Of a stretch of 38,669 nt of DNA, positions 23,649 to 31,860 are shown in pieces. A model generated the notes under the pieces. It had not been told where the DNA came from, did no database searches, and saw only the letters and a program-made list of their open reading frames with translations. Positions within the stretch are counted from its first letter, which is position 1; every line of letters starts with the position of its first letter. Source of the DNA: Candidatus Aenigmatarchaeota archaeon. Lineage in GTDB: Archaea > Aenigmatarchaeota > Aenigmatarchaeia > CG10238-14 > SCSR01. The translations under genes were made by a program, and so were the position numbers. Location: the NCBI GenBank assembly GCA_038998625.1, contig JAWADS010000005.1, positions 1 to 38,669 of the forward strand. Reading direction: 5' to 3'.

Positions 23649-24635
23649 ATGAGTTTATGGAATCAAAAAATTAAACCAATGTTAGCTTTTTCTAGCGAAC
23701 CTTTTGATTCTGAGAATTTTATTTTCGAAATAAAATTCGATGGAACAAGATGCGTTGCTTATGTAGATGTAGAAAACAAATCCCAAAAATTTTTGAATAG
23801 AAGAATGCTTTATTTTCAAAATCGTTATCCTGAATTGCAACTTTGGAAAGATTTGAAGTGCAGAAGAGCTATTGTTGATGGGGAAATTGTGGTTTTTGAA
23901 AAAGGAAAACCCAACTTTTACAAATTAGCTGAAAGGGAACATATTGAAGAAAAAACTAAAATTGAAATTTTATCTCAAATGATGCCAGCGACCTTTGTAG
24001 TTTTTGATATCCTTCATAAAGATGAAAAAGACTTAATTGATTTACCCTTAGAAGAAAGGAAGAGAATTCTTGATGAAACGATTGAAGAAAGTGAGAGAAT
24101 TTTAAAATCAGTTTATATTAAAGAAAAAGGTAGAAAATTTTTCAATGAGGTAAAGAAGAAAAAGCTAGAAGGAGTTATGGCAAAAAAATTAAATTCTTCT
24201 TATCAAATTGGTAAGAGAAGTAGAGATTGGCTTAAGATAAAAGCCCTTAAAACTTTAGATGTAGTTATTGTGGGCTATTCAACAGGAAAAGGGAAAAGGG
24301 GCGAATTATTAGGAAGTTTAATCACTGCAATTAATTACAAAAACAAATTAAGATATATCGGAAAAGTTGGCACGGGCTTTTCTGAAGAAGAATTAAAAGT
24401 GCTTTTAGAAAAATTAAAAAAAATAAAAACTGAAAAGCCTCCATGGAAAGAAGAAATTGATTTAGCTTTGCCGCCAGACAGAAAGCCCATATGGGTTAAA
24501 CCAAAATTTGTTTGTGAAGTAAAATTTATGCAACTTACAAAAGATTTGCAAATGAGGGCTCCTTCTTTCATCAGATTAAGAGAAGATAAAACGCCTGGGG
24601 ATTGTGATTTAGAGGTAGAATTTAAATCAAAGTAA
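23649..24635 (+). CDS. Stand-alone ATP-dependent DNA ligase (LigD ligase-domain type)
   Basis: KPMLA, EIKFDGTR, VDGEIV, FDIL, EGVMAKK, RSRDWLKIK, GKVGTGF, RAPSFIRLREDK. Confidence 0.93.
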   Translation: MSLWNQKIKPMLAFSSEPFDSENFIFEIKFDGTRCVAYVDVENKSQKFLNRRMLYFQNRYPELQLWKDLKCRRAIVDGEIVVFEKGKPNFYKLAEREHIEEKTKIEILSQMMPATFVVFDILHKDEKDLIDLPLEERKRILDETIEESERILKSVYIKEKGRKFFNEVKKKKLEGVMAKKLNSSYQIGKRSRDWLKIKALKTLDVVIVGYSTGKGKRGELLGSLITAINYKNKLRYIGKVGTGFSEEELKVLLEKLKKIKTEKPPWKEEIDLALPPDRKPIWVKPKFVCEVKFMQLTKDLQMRAPSFIRLREDKTPGDCDLEVEFKSK

Positions 24636-24651
24636 ATCTAAATGAGTCTGG

Positions 24652-24728
24652 AATCCTATATAAAAGCTTAAAAACAGTTGAAATACAAATCTTAAGATTT
24701 AGAGCTTCTAACAGTGGTAGTAAATTTT
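24652..24728. repeat. Diverged copy of the 19.5-kb repeat unit
   Basis: Aligns by eye with 19526-19600; AGTGGTAGTAAATTTT is identical to 19659-19674. Confidence 0.8.
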
Positions 24729-24769
24729 TTCAAAAATTTATTTATTCTAGAAAAAACATAATTAAAGAT

Positions 24770-24982
24770 ATGGTAGAATACAACGCTTTGAAAAAAGCCT
24801 TAGAAGAAAATGGGGAATTAATGTTGGTAACTGATTCGGGCAGCAAATTCGAAATACATAAGCACAATGTAACTTTTGATGACAAAACAAAAATGATAAA
24901 AATAGATGCGGCCGATGAAATTTTTTGGTTGGATACAGGAAAAATTGAATACTATTGGGTCCATAAAAGAGCTAAGGAATAA
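24770..24982 (+). CDS. Small hypothetical protein
   Basis: 70-aa ORF with soluble beta-rich composition. Confidence 0.7.
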   Translation: MVEYNALKKALEENGELMLVTDSGSKFEIHKHNVTFDDKTKMIKIDAADEIFWLDTGKIEYYWVHKRAKE

Positions 24983-25065
24983 ATACCAACCTTAGCTAAA
25001 ACAATAAAGCAAAATGATTTGTTGTAGTAAGTATTGTTTTTATTAAAAAAATTAAAAATAAAATT

Positions 25066-25998
25066 ATGGAAAATATTTATGATTTAATAATTATTGGTGC
25101 CGGCCCTGCTGGAATTTCTGCTTCTATTTTTGCTGCTAGACAAAAATTAAATTTTTTGCTTATTTCAAAAGATTTTGGCGGGCTTGCAAATTTTATTCCT
25201 GACATAGAAACTTACATTGGCTACCATTATATGAGTGGTTATGACCTTTTAAAAAAATTTAGAGAACATATGAAGGATTACAATATACACATGAAATTGG
25301 AAGAAGAAGTTACTGATGTTGTGAAAGAAAAAAATGTTTTTAAAATTTATACTAACAAATCCATTTACTATGCAAAAGCTATTATTGTAGCTTCTGGAAG
25401 AGGATTCAAGAAATTAAATGTCCCTGGGGAAAAAGAATTTGAAAATAAAGGTTTGTCTTATTGTGCTGCTTGCGATGGACCATTGTTTAAAGATAAAATT
25501 GTTGCGGTTATTGGAGGAGGCAAATCTGGCTTATTATCTACCTTATTTTTATTAAACATTGCTAAGAAAATTTATCTTCTTGAAATTAGGCCAGAAATAG
25601 GGGCGCCGGATATAAGTAGTGATATTGTTGAGAGAGTAAAAAATAGTTTAAAAGTTGAAATTTTCACTTCAGCCGAAACCTTAGAAATTTATGGCGGCTC
25701 TACAGTAAAGGGAATTAAATTTAAACAAAAAGGGGAAATAAAAGATTTGCCTGTAGAAGGAGTTTTTGTAGAAATTGGTTATGTGCCGCATACACATTTT
25801 CTTAAAAATCTAAAAGTTAAATTAAATCAAAGAAATGAGATAATAATTGATAAAAATAACATGACAAACGTTAAAGGGGTTTTTGCAGCTGGAGATGTAA
25901 CGGATATACCAGAAAAACAAGTAATCGTGGCTTGTGGTGAAGGGGCAAAAGCTTTGATGTCAGTAGTAAGATATTTATCTAGTTTAAAGGCCAAATAA
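25066..25998 (+). CDS. trxB: Thioredoxin reductase
   Basis: GAGPAG, SYCAACDG, VIGGG, GVFAAGD. Confidence 0.92.
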   Translation: MENIYDLIIIGAGPAGISASIFAARQKLNFLLISKDFGGLANFIPDIETYIGYHYMSGYDLLKKFREHMKDYNIHMKLEEEVTDVVKEKNVFKIYTNKSIYYAKAIIVASGRGFKKLNVPGEKEFENKGLSYCAACDGPLFKDKIVAVIGGGKSGLLSTLFLLNIAKKIYLLEIRPEIGAPDISSDIVERVKNSLKVEIFTSAETLEIYGGSTVKGIKFKQKGEIKDLPVEGVFVEIGYVPHTHFLKNLKVKLNQRNEIIIDKNNMTNVKGVFAAGDVTDIPEKQVIVACGEGAKALMSVVRYLSSLKAK

Positions 25999-26005
25999 TT
26001 AATAG

Positions 26006-26527
26006 ATGAACTTTTCACAGGTCTTTGATTATATTAAAAAAATGTACAACGTGAACAATTCAGATTTTTGGCTTAGCGTAATTAGAATAGTTTTTGGTAT
26101 TTTGTGGATTTCGGCTGGGCTGGAAAAAGTTCTGAGCCCAGAGTATGTTCCTGGGTTTGCAAAAACTATTGAAAAATTTATGAATAAAAATCCCAATGAG
26201 TGGTACATACCTTTTTTGCAAAACTTTGTCATTCCTAATTCCACTTGGTTAGCGTATTTAATTTCTTACGGACAACTTATTACAGGATTGGCTTTAGTAT
26301 CTGGCTTGCTTATCAATTTCTTTTTAGCTTATGCAGTATTTATGAATATCAACTTTTATTTTGGCGCAGGTTGGCTTAGTATTTCTACAGCTATGTTAAA
26401 CTTGTTGATGATTGTAATACAAATTATTTTACTTTTGTCCCCTGGATCCAAAACTTTGAGTTTAGATTATTTAATAAAACTTTCGAAAATGAGAAAAAGT
26501 TATGTTAAGAGTAAGATGAAAATTTAA
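26006..26527 (+). CDS. DoxX/DoxD-family membrane protein
   Basis: RIVFGILWISAGLEK, WYIPFL, SLD. Confidence 0.85.
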   Translation: MNFSQVFDYIKKMYNVNNSDFWLSVIRIVFGILWISAGLEKVLSPEYVPGFAKTIEKFMNKNPNEWYIPFLQNFVIPNSTWLAYLISYGQLITGLALVSGLLINFFLAYAVFMNINFYFGAGWLSISTAMLNLLMIVIQIILLLSPGSKTLSLDYLIKLSKMRKSYVKSKMKI

Positions 26528-26836
26528 TTAAAGCTTTTCAATTTGTTTTTTTAATTCAGGTATTACAACAGGCCCTTGAAGTTTTAGTTTAACTTTTTTT
26601 ACTCCACCAACAGAAAGAACGCTTTGTTTTATATCATTGGCCATCCTCAAAGCTAACATTGGAGGACAAAAAGGAGTTGTGAGATGAAAAGTAATTTCTA
26701 CATTACTATTTTTTACTTTAACATTATCGATTAATTTCATTTCTGTTATAGGTATACCAATCTCAGGGTCCACAACTTTATCTAAGGCCTTGAATATTTT
26801 GTTTATTTCAACCATATCATCCCTTATGTCTTTCAA
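26528..26836 (-). CDS. DUF59/SufT metal-sulfur cluster assembly factor
   Basis: ALDKVVDPEIG, LTTPFCP. Confidence 0.9.
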   Translation of the reverse strand: MKDIRDDMVEINKIFKALDKVVDPEIGIPITEMKLIDNVKVKNSNVEITFHLTTPFCPPMLALRMANDIKQSVLSVGGVKKVKLKLQGPVVIPELKKQIEKL

Positions 26837-26855
26837 ACTAATTAAGCTTTCTAAC

Positions 26856-27080
26856 CTACAAACAATCTTTGTATATGTTAGGATGATGACTCATATGCTC
26901 TTTCCAAGATTCGTCTGTATAGCCAGGAGGAGTTGCACAAATATTTGTAGGATTTTGTGATTGCAAAGCATGTCTAAAACTTTCTCCAAAATATTTTTGA
27001 TAATAAAAATATAAAAAAATTGCTACGAGGAGTAAAGTAATTATCAAGAAAATTTGAAAATTGATTTTCTTCTTTTTCAT
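26856..27080 (-). CDS. Small membrane-anchored His/Cys protein
   Basis: TM helix plus CATPPGYTDESWKEHMSHHPNIYKDCL. Confidence 0.75.
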   Translation of the reverse strand: MKKKKINFQIFLIITLLLVAIFLYFYYQKYFGESFRHALQSQNPTNICATPPGYTDESWKEHMSHHPNIYKDCL

Positions 27081-27472
27081 AAATTACCACTTATTCCGAC
27101 TATACTGACAGATAAAACAAAAAAATTAAAAATTAACCAAAAAATTTGTTTTCTAGAAATTTTCATAGAGCAAAAAAATTTGTTGTAAACAAAAAGAGAA
27201 ATGGCAAAGTTAGCTGAAGCAAACCCAATAAAAGAAAAGAAAAAACTATAGTTTTGTAAAAAAGCTAGTGGCATACCAACTACAATTATTCCAAAAATAG
27301 CAAGAAAGGCTATCAAACCTTCGCAAACTAAATGGCAAACATTGTGCAAACCGATAATTCCTAATAGTGATGTAAAACTACCAAAAATTCCTAAAGATTT
27401 TGTTTTATTAAAATTATTGTTCCCCTTCTTTATTCTGAAAAATGCTCGTTGTTTCCTATAAAGTTTTTTCAT
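27077..27472 (-). CDS. Membrane protein with HNVCHLVC motif
   Basis: Several TM helices; overlaps or abuts its neighbours. Confidence 0.7.
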   Translation of the reverse strand: MKKLYRKQRAFFRIKKGNNNFNKTKSLGIFGSFTSLLGIIGLHNVCHLVCEGLIAFLAIFGIIVVGMPLAFLQNYSFFFSFIGFASANFAISLFVYNKFFCSMKISRKQIFWLIFNFFVLSVSIVGISGNL

Positions 27473-28009
27473 TCATATCAACCCAAAAAGGATGTAAAAA
27501 TAAGAAGTCAAGATCAGAAAAGCAATAGTTATCACAATAACTTGAAATGGAAAGTAACTTTTTCCTCCATTATTTTTTCTTAACCAATCACTAAATGAAA
27601 AAGAAAATAAAGTCATTAAGCTACCAACCAAAAAGCCAATAAAAAGCTTATCTACACCAAATATAACATAATTAGGAACTCCTGTTCCTAACAAATTTGC
27701 AAAATAAAAAGTAATTAAAGTCAAAAATATTGAAGTAAGAATAATAATCGCCTTCTGGAATTTAATGTATTCTTCACCTTTGTTTTTCTTTCTCAAAATT
27801 CTATCAAACCAAAAGGAAGTAGAGATTACTAAACCTCCTATAAAAGTTCCGAAAATTAAATCATCTACACCATACCATCTGGAAACTGCTACCAAGCTAG
27901 CAGTAGCTGCAGTACATAAGGGGCAATGAGCATAAACTAAAACTACAAAATTAGTTAAATAAAAGAAAAGGATTGAAAAAAAGATTAAGGATTTAGTGAC
28001 AGCTTTCAC
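27473..28009 (-). CDS. Membrane protein with HCPLC motif
   Basis: AHCPLCT...GVDDLIFG; multiple TM helices. Confidence 0.8.
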   Translation of the reverse strand: MKAVTKSLIFFSILFFYLTNFVVLVYAHCPLCTAATASLVAVSRWYGVDDLIFGTFIGGLVISTSFWFDRILRKKNKGEEYIKFQKAIIILTSIFLTLITFYFANLLGTGVPNYVIFGVDKLFIGFLVGSLMTLFSFSFSDWLRKNNGGKSYFPFQVIVITIAFLILTSYFYILFGLI

Positions 28010-28145
28010 CTTTATCCGCCCTCATCTTATGACGATAATTTCGTTTACAATCTTCACAACAGAATTTTTTACCTTGCAACTCATAAAATGTGTCTTTCAA
28101 TTTCATACCACAATGCCCGCATTTTGGTTTAAAAAGACTAAACAT
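27993..28145 (-). CDS. 50-aa TRASH/YHS-like metal-binding protein
   Basis: SD GAGGTGA; MFSLFKPKCGHCGMKLKDTFYELQGKKFCCEDCKRNYRHKMRADKGESCH. Missing from the ORF track. Confidence 0.8.
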   Translation of the reverse strand: MFSLFKPKCGHCGMKLKDTFYELQGKKFCCEDCKRNYRHKMRADKGESCH

Positions 28146-28163
28146 CCAATCACCTCTTTTAAT

Positions 28164-28682
28164 TTAAACTATTGTGAAAAGATGTATTGCTCCATCATAA
28201 TCAATAGAATAAATTCTAAATGGATTATATTTAACTCCAGTCATCCCCGGAGAACCTGACGGCATACCAGGAAGGGCTATTCCAGTTATATTTGGTTTTT
28301 CTTCCATCAATTTTAGAATAGCTTCTACCGGCACATGTCCTTCAACAAAGTAGTTTCCAATAATAGTAGTATGGCAACTCTGCATGTTGATAGGAATGCT
28401 ATACTTTGACTTTATAGAAGAAATGTCATCTATATATGAAACTTTTATAGAAATTCCTTGATTCTTAAGATAATTTGCATAAAGCGCACAACATCCACAA
28501 TTGGGCGAAATGTAAATAACAACATCCTCAGTAATTAAGTTCTTAAGTTTATTAAAAGGATGCACTGCTTTTGGAAAATATAATTGATAGACGAAAAAGC
28601 CCACTGCTCCTATTAATACTAAAATTATTATAAAGCTTATTACTACTCTAATCTTTATAATGCTCATGCTCCCACTTTTCAA
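28164..28682 (-). CDS. DUF411 (CopG-type metal-binding) protein
   Basis: SPNCGCC, SCHT, VEGHVP, PGMPSGSPGM. Confidence 0.92.
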   Translation of the reverse strand: MKSGSMSIIKIRVVISFIIILVLIGAVGFFVYQLYFPKAVHPFNKLKNLITEDVVIYISPNCGCCALYANYLKNQGISIKVSYIDDISSIKSKYSIPINMQSCHTTIIGNYFVEGHVPVEAILKLMEEKPNITGIALPGMPSGSPGMTGVKYNPFRIYSIDYDGAIHLFTIV

Positions 28683-28726
28683 TTTTCCTAATTTTATAGT
28701 AAAAGAAACACCTTATATTTTTTGGG

Positions 28727-28742
28727 ATGAAACTAGTTTCAT
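28727..28742. promoter_or_regulatory. Perfect 16-bp palindrome ATGAAACTAGTTTCAT, candidate operator
   Basis: Lies between the TM-wHTH regulator and the DUF411 operon, just upstream of a minus-strand AAATATAA TATA-like box. Confidence 0.55.
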
Positions 28743-29221
28743 AACTTTAAGACAACAAGGTTAGCCATTCCTCTCCTTTTTCTTTCAATTAAACCTTTAG
28801 CCTCTAGCCTATCCAATATTCTACTTATTTTTACTTTAGAAAGTCCTGTCCTTTTCACTAAATCGCTTTGGAATATTGCACCATCTGAATTAACAATCAT
28901 TTCAAATATTCGTTTTTCCTCTCCGTCTAAAGCTTTTCTTGCTTTCTCAATTTTAGTTTTTTCCATAGAGCTCAATTTTTCTAAGTCTTTTTTTGAAAAT
29001 ATGAGGTATCCACCCAAAAACATTACTATGCTTGCAAGGTAGAATCCGAAATAAGACTCAAAAGGTATAGTTCGTTTATAAGGGCAAACATTCGCTGGTA
29101 AAGGGCAATTTTTATGCAATTCTTCGCTTAATGCCAATATAGTTGAAGTATAGTAATAAATGTTGAAAAAAAGAAAAAAACCAGATATTAAAAATATTGC
29201 TCCCAACAATTTTTGGTTCAT
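28739..29221 (-). CDS. Membrane-anchored winged-HTH transcriptional regulator
   Basis: Two TM helices flanking HKNCPLPANVCP; C-terminal IFQSDLVKRTGLSKVKISRILDRLEAKGLIERKRRGMAN. Confidence 0.88.
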   Translation of the reverse strand: MNQKLLGAIFLISGFFLFFNIYYYTSTILALSEELHKNCPLPANVCPYKRTIPFESYFGFYLASIVMFLGGYLIFSKKDLEKLSSMEKTKIEKARKALDGEEKRIFEMIVNSDGAIFQSDLVKRTGLSKVKISRILDRLEAKGLIERKRRGMANLVVLKL

Positions 29222-29285
29222 AAAAATCCTTTATTTAACCTATTTATATTTTTAAATTAAGCAATAAAGACTTAAATTATGAGAA

Positions 29286-29996
29286 TTATGAAGCTAACTC
29301 TTGATCAATTATACGCTTAAATACAGAATAAGGCTGAGCCCCAACAACTTTAATTCCGTTTATGAAAAATGTAGGTGTGCCGCTTACTCCATAAGCCATC
29401 CCATCTTGAACATCTTTTTGAACTTCATTAGCATATTTTCCTGAGTCAAGGCATTCATTAAATTTTGCTGTATCTAGACCTAACTCTTGAGCATATCTTT
29501 TTAGGCTGGTTATATCTAATGCCTGTTGATTTTCAAACAATTTGTCATGGTATTCCCAGAATTTATTTTGTTCATTTGCACATTCTGCTGCTTCAGCCGC
29601 CTTTTTAGCAAATTGATGAAAGTCCAATGGGAAATCGCGATAAACAAATTTAAGTTTACCGGTTTTAATATATTCTTCTTCTAAAAGAGGTAAAGTGTCC
29701 TTCCAAAATCTTGCACAAAAGGGGCATTGAAAATCTGAAAATTCAATCATTGTGACTTTTGCATTGGCACTGCCTTTTGTTGGATCGTCATCAGGGCTCA
29801 CTTGTATTCTTTGCTGTGCGCTAGGTAAATTTTGATTTTGTTCAGTAGGAGGAACAACCATTCCTGTTTTTGTGGCATTTTTTTCTAAATAAATATTTAT
29901 TAAAAAGTAGGAATTTAATAAACTCAAAATAATTGCAATAATGCTCAATAAACTCCACTTATCAGGCAATGTGATAGTAATAGTTTTCCCTACCAT
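29286..29996 (-). CDS. dsbA: Membrane-anchored DsbA/BdbD-family oxidoreductase
   Basis: EFSDFQCPFC, YRDFPL, GTPTFFING. Confidence 0.93.
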   Translation of the reverse strand: MVGKTITITLPDKWSLLSIIAIILSLLNSYFLINIYLEKNATKTGMVVPPTEQNQNLPSAQQRIQVSPDDDPTKGSANAKVTMIEFSDFQCPFCARFWKDTLPLLEEEYIKTGKLKFVYRDFPLDFHQFAKKAAEAAECANEQNKFWEYHDKLFENQQALDITSLKRYAQELGLDTAKFNECLDSGKYANEVQKDVQDGMAYGVSGTPTFFINGIKVVGAQPYSVFKRIIDQELAS

Positions 29997-30049
29997 TAAG
30001 TATTTTTAAAACAAATAAACTTATAAGCTTTGCGGATAAAAATTTTTGT

Positions 30050-30478
30050 ATGAAATTTAAATTCCATCTTTTAATCTTAATTCTCTTGATTATATTTTTA
30101 GGCCTTTTTACCTACTCTTTTTTTAGCAACAAAGGCCTTTACAGAAATGATTGTGGTAAGACAATTGATGGCTATGACATTTTGTTTGTATACATCACCA
30201 CTTGTCCCCATTGTAAGGCAGATTTGCTCAGACTAGAGGAACTGAATTTAACTGATAAAATTTATATGATAAACGCAGAGAGCCCTTTATGTAAAAAAAT
30301 AATAGAAGATTTTTCTGAGAATATTATTTATCACAAAAATTCCAATTCTCCAAACATTCCCTTTGGAATTTATACACCAACAAAAGTCTGTATTTATAAT
30401 GGCAAAACATTCATTGGGGAACAAAATAAAGAAGATTTAAAAAAATTTTTTGAAGATTGTCAGGGAGCAAAAATATGA
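30050..30478 (+). CDS. Membrane-anchored thioredoxin-fold protein
   Basis: CPHC and a TPT cis-Pro loop. Confidence 0.75.
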   Translation: MKFKFHLLILILLIIFLGLFTYSFFSNKGLYRNDCGKTIDGYDILFVYITTCPHCKADLLRLEELNLTDKIYMINAESPLCKKIIEDFSENIIYHKNSNSPNIPFGIYTPTKVCIYNGKTFIGEQNKEDLKKFFEDCQGAKI

Positions 30479-31260
30479 AAAGAATTTTTTTAATATTTTT
30501 ATTAACCGCACTTCTTTTCCCTTTTTATGCAATCGCTCAAGATAAAGAAATAACAACCCCTATATTTGGAAATATAAGCACAAAATTATCTCTTCCAATA
30601 ATAGGAATGTTTTTGGGCCTTGTGGATGGATTGTTAAATCCATGCGCCATATCAGTATTATTTTTTTTAATTGGATACCTTATGCTCTTAGGCTCAAGGA
30701 AAAAAGGTCTACAACTTGGATTAATTTATTCCTTCACTATTTTTTTAGTCTATTTTCTTTTCATGTATGGAATTTTGAATGTTGTTTCAATAATAGGTTA
30801 CTTAACAATAATAAAAGCAATAATTGCAACTGTTGCTTTAATTATTGGTGTAATTGAAATAAAAGATTTCTTTTGGTATGGAAAGGGTTTTGTATTGGGA
30901 ATATCAAAATCCGCGAAGCCAATTATAAAAAGATTAGTTGAAATTGCCACAATTCCATCAGCAATTTTGTTAGGATTTTTCGTTAGTTTAGTAGAAATAC
31001 CTTGTGCTGGAGCTTTTCCTTTTATCTATATTACACTTCTTGCTGAAAATGTGTCTGGAGGAGAGAATCTAATTTATTTGGTTTTATATAATTTTTATTT
31101 TATTTTACCCCTCTTGATTTTAACAATTATTTTTTATTTCGGTTGGCTCAAAATTGAAAAAGCTGAAAAAACCAGACTGAAAATAAGAAAATACATGCGA
31201 TTAATAGCCGGGATAATAATGATTATTCTTGGTATATCAATGTTGCTTAACTTAATTTGA
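30475..31260 (+). CDS. CcdA/DsbD-like transmembrane thiol-redox protein
   Basis: DGLLNPCA...VEIPCAG paired PC motifs; ATGA overlap with the upstream gene. Confidence 0.85.
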   Translation: MKRIFLIFLLTALLFPFYAIAQDKEITTPIFGNISTKLSLPIIGMFLGLVDGLLNPCAISVLFFLIGYLMLLGSRKKGLQLGLIYSFTIFLVYFLFMYGILNVVSIIGYLTIIKAIIATVALIIGVIEIKDFFWYGKGFVLGISKSAKPIIKRLVEIATIPSAILLGFFVSLVEIPCAGAFPFIYITLLAENVSGGENLIYLVLYNFYFILPLLILTIIFYFGWLKIEKAEKTRLKIRKYMRLIAGIIMIILGISMLLNLI

Positions 31261-31266
31261 AAAATC

Positions 31267-31359
31267 TTAACAACAATCTTCGAGAATTTTTAATATTTTT
31301 TTAAAAGCTTTTCCAATTTTCTTTGTTTTTGACTTTCCTTCACTCTTTCCTTTAGCCAT
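31267..31359 (-). CDS. 30-aa basic peptide ending in CC
   Basis: MAKGKSEGKSKTKKIGKAFKKILKILEDCC; its ATG lies 8 nt inside the end of the upstream gene. Confidence 0.55.
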   Translation of the reverse strand: MAKGKSEGKSKTKKIGKAFKKILKILEDCC

Positions 31360-31693
31360 AAACAAACCTTAATAAAAAATATATGAAAATTGTGCCTAAA
31401 ATGATTATTAAAGGCCTAAGAATTAAAAGTTTTTTTTCTCCTTTCTCCCTCGCTTTTTTCTCCACCCAATACATAAGTCCAGTAACACTTTCTCCCATCA
31501 GAATTCCGAGAATTAAAATAGGTATCTCATAACCTAAAAATTTCAAAACAAACAACAAAATCCACGTTGTAGTTACAGTAGCACAAATTGCACACAATTT
31601 TCTTTTAAATATTTTAGCTATTAGTCCTTTGGCAACTAACCAAAATATGTATAAGCTAAACATTGCAACCAAAATCCAGTATATTATTTCTAT
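31352..31693 (-). CDS. Membrane protein with CAIC motif (probable ATA start)
   Basis: KLCAICATV, GILMGESVTG; SD GGGTGA-TTGT-ATA in frame. Confidence 0.7.
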   Translation of the reverse strand: MEIIYWILVAMFSLYIFWLVAKGLIAKIFKRKLCAICATVTTTWILLFVLKFLGYEIPILILGILMGESVTGLMYWVEKKAREKGEKKLLILRPLIIILGTIFIYFLLRFVYG

Positions 31694-31860
31694 ACAATCA
31701 CCCTGAGAATTATAATGGCTTTAAAACTTTTATATATTAAAAAATTTAATTGTAATTAACTTTCCTTTGGGTTTTGTAGATAGTATTTGGATTAGACTAT
31801 TTCAGCTCTCTTATCAGGTTATAAAAAAATAGTTGTGGTTTTTATGTTGTATTTCAATTT

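Noticed and set aside
21540..24730. Integrated element or provirus at tRNA-Asn carrying pyrD-Ku-ligase
   Set aside because: I saw no integrase, no viral genes and no duplicated tRNA 3' end (att).
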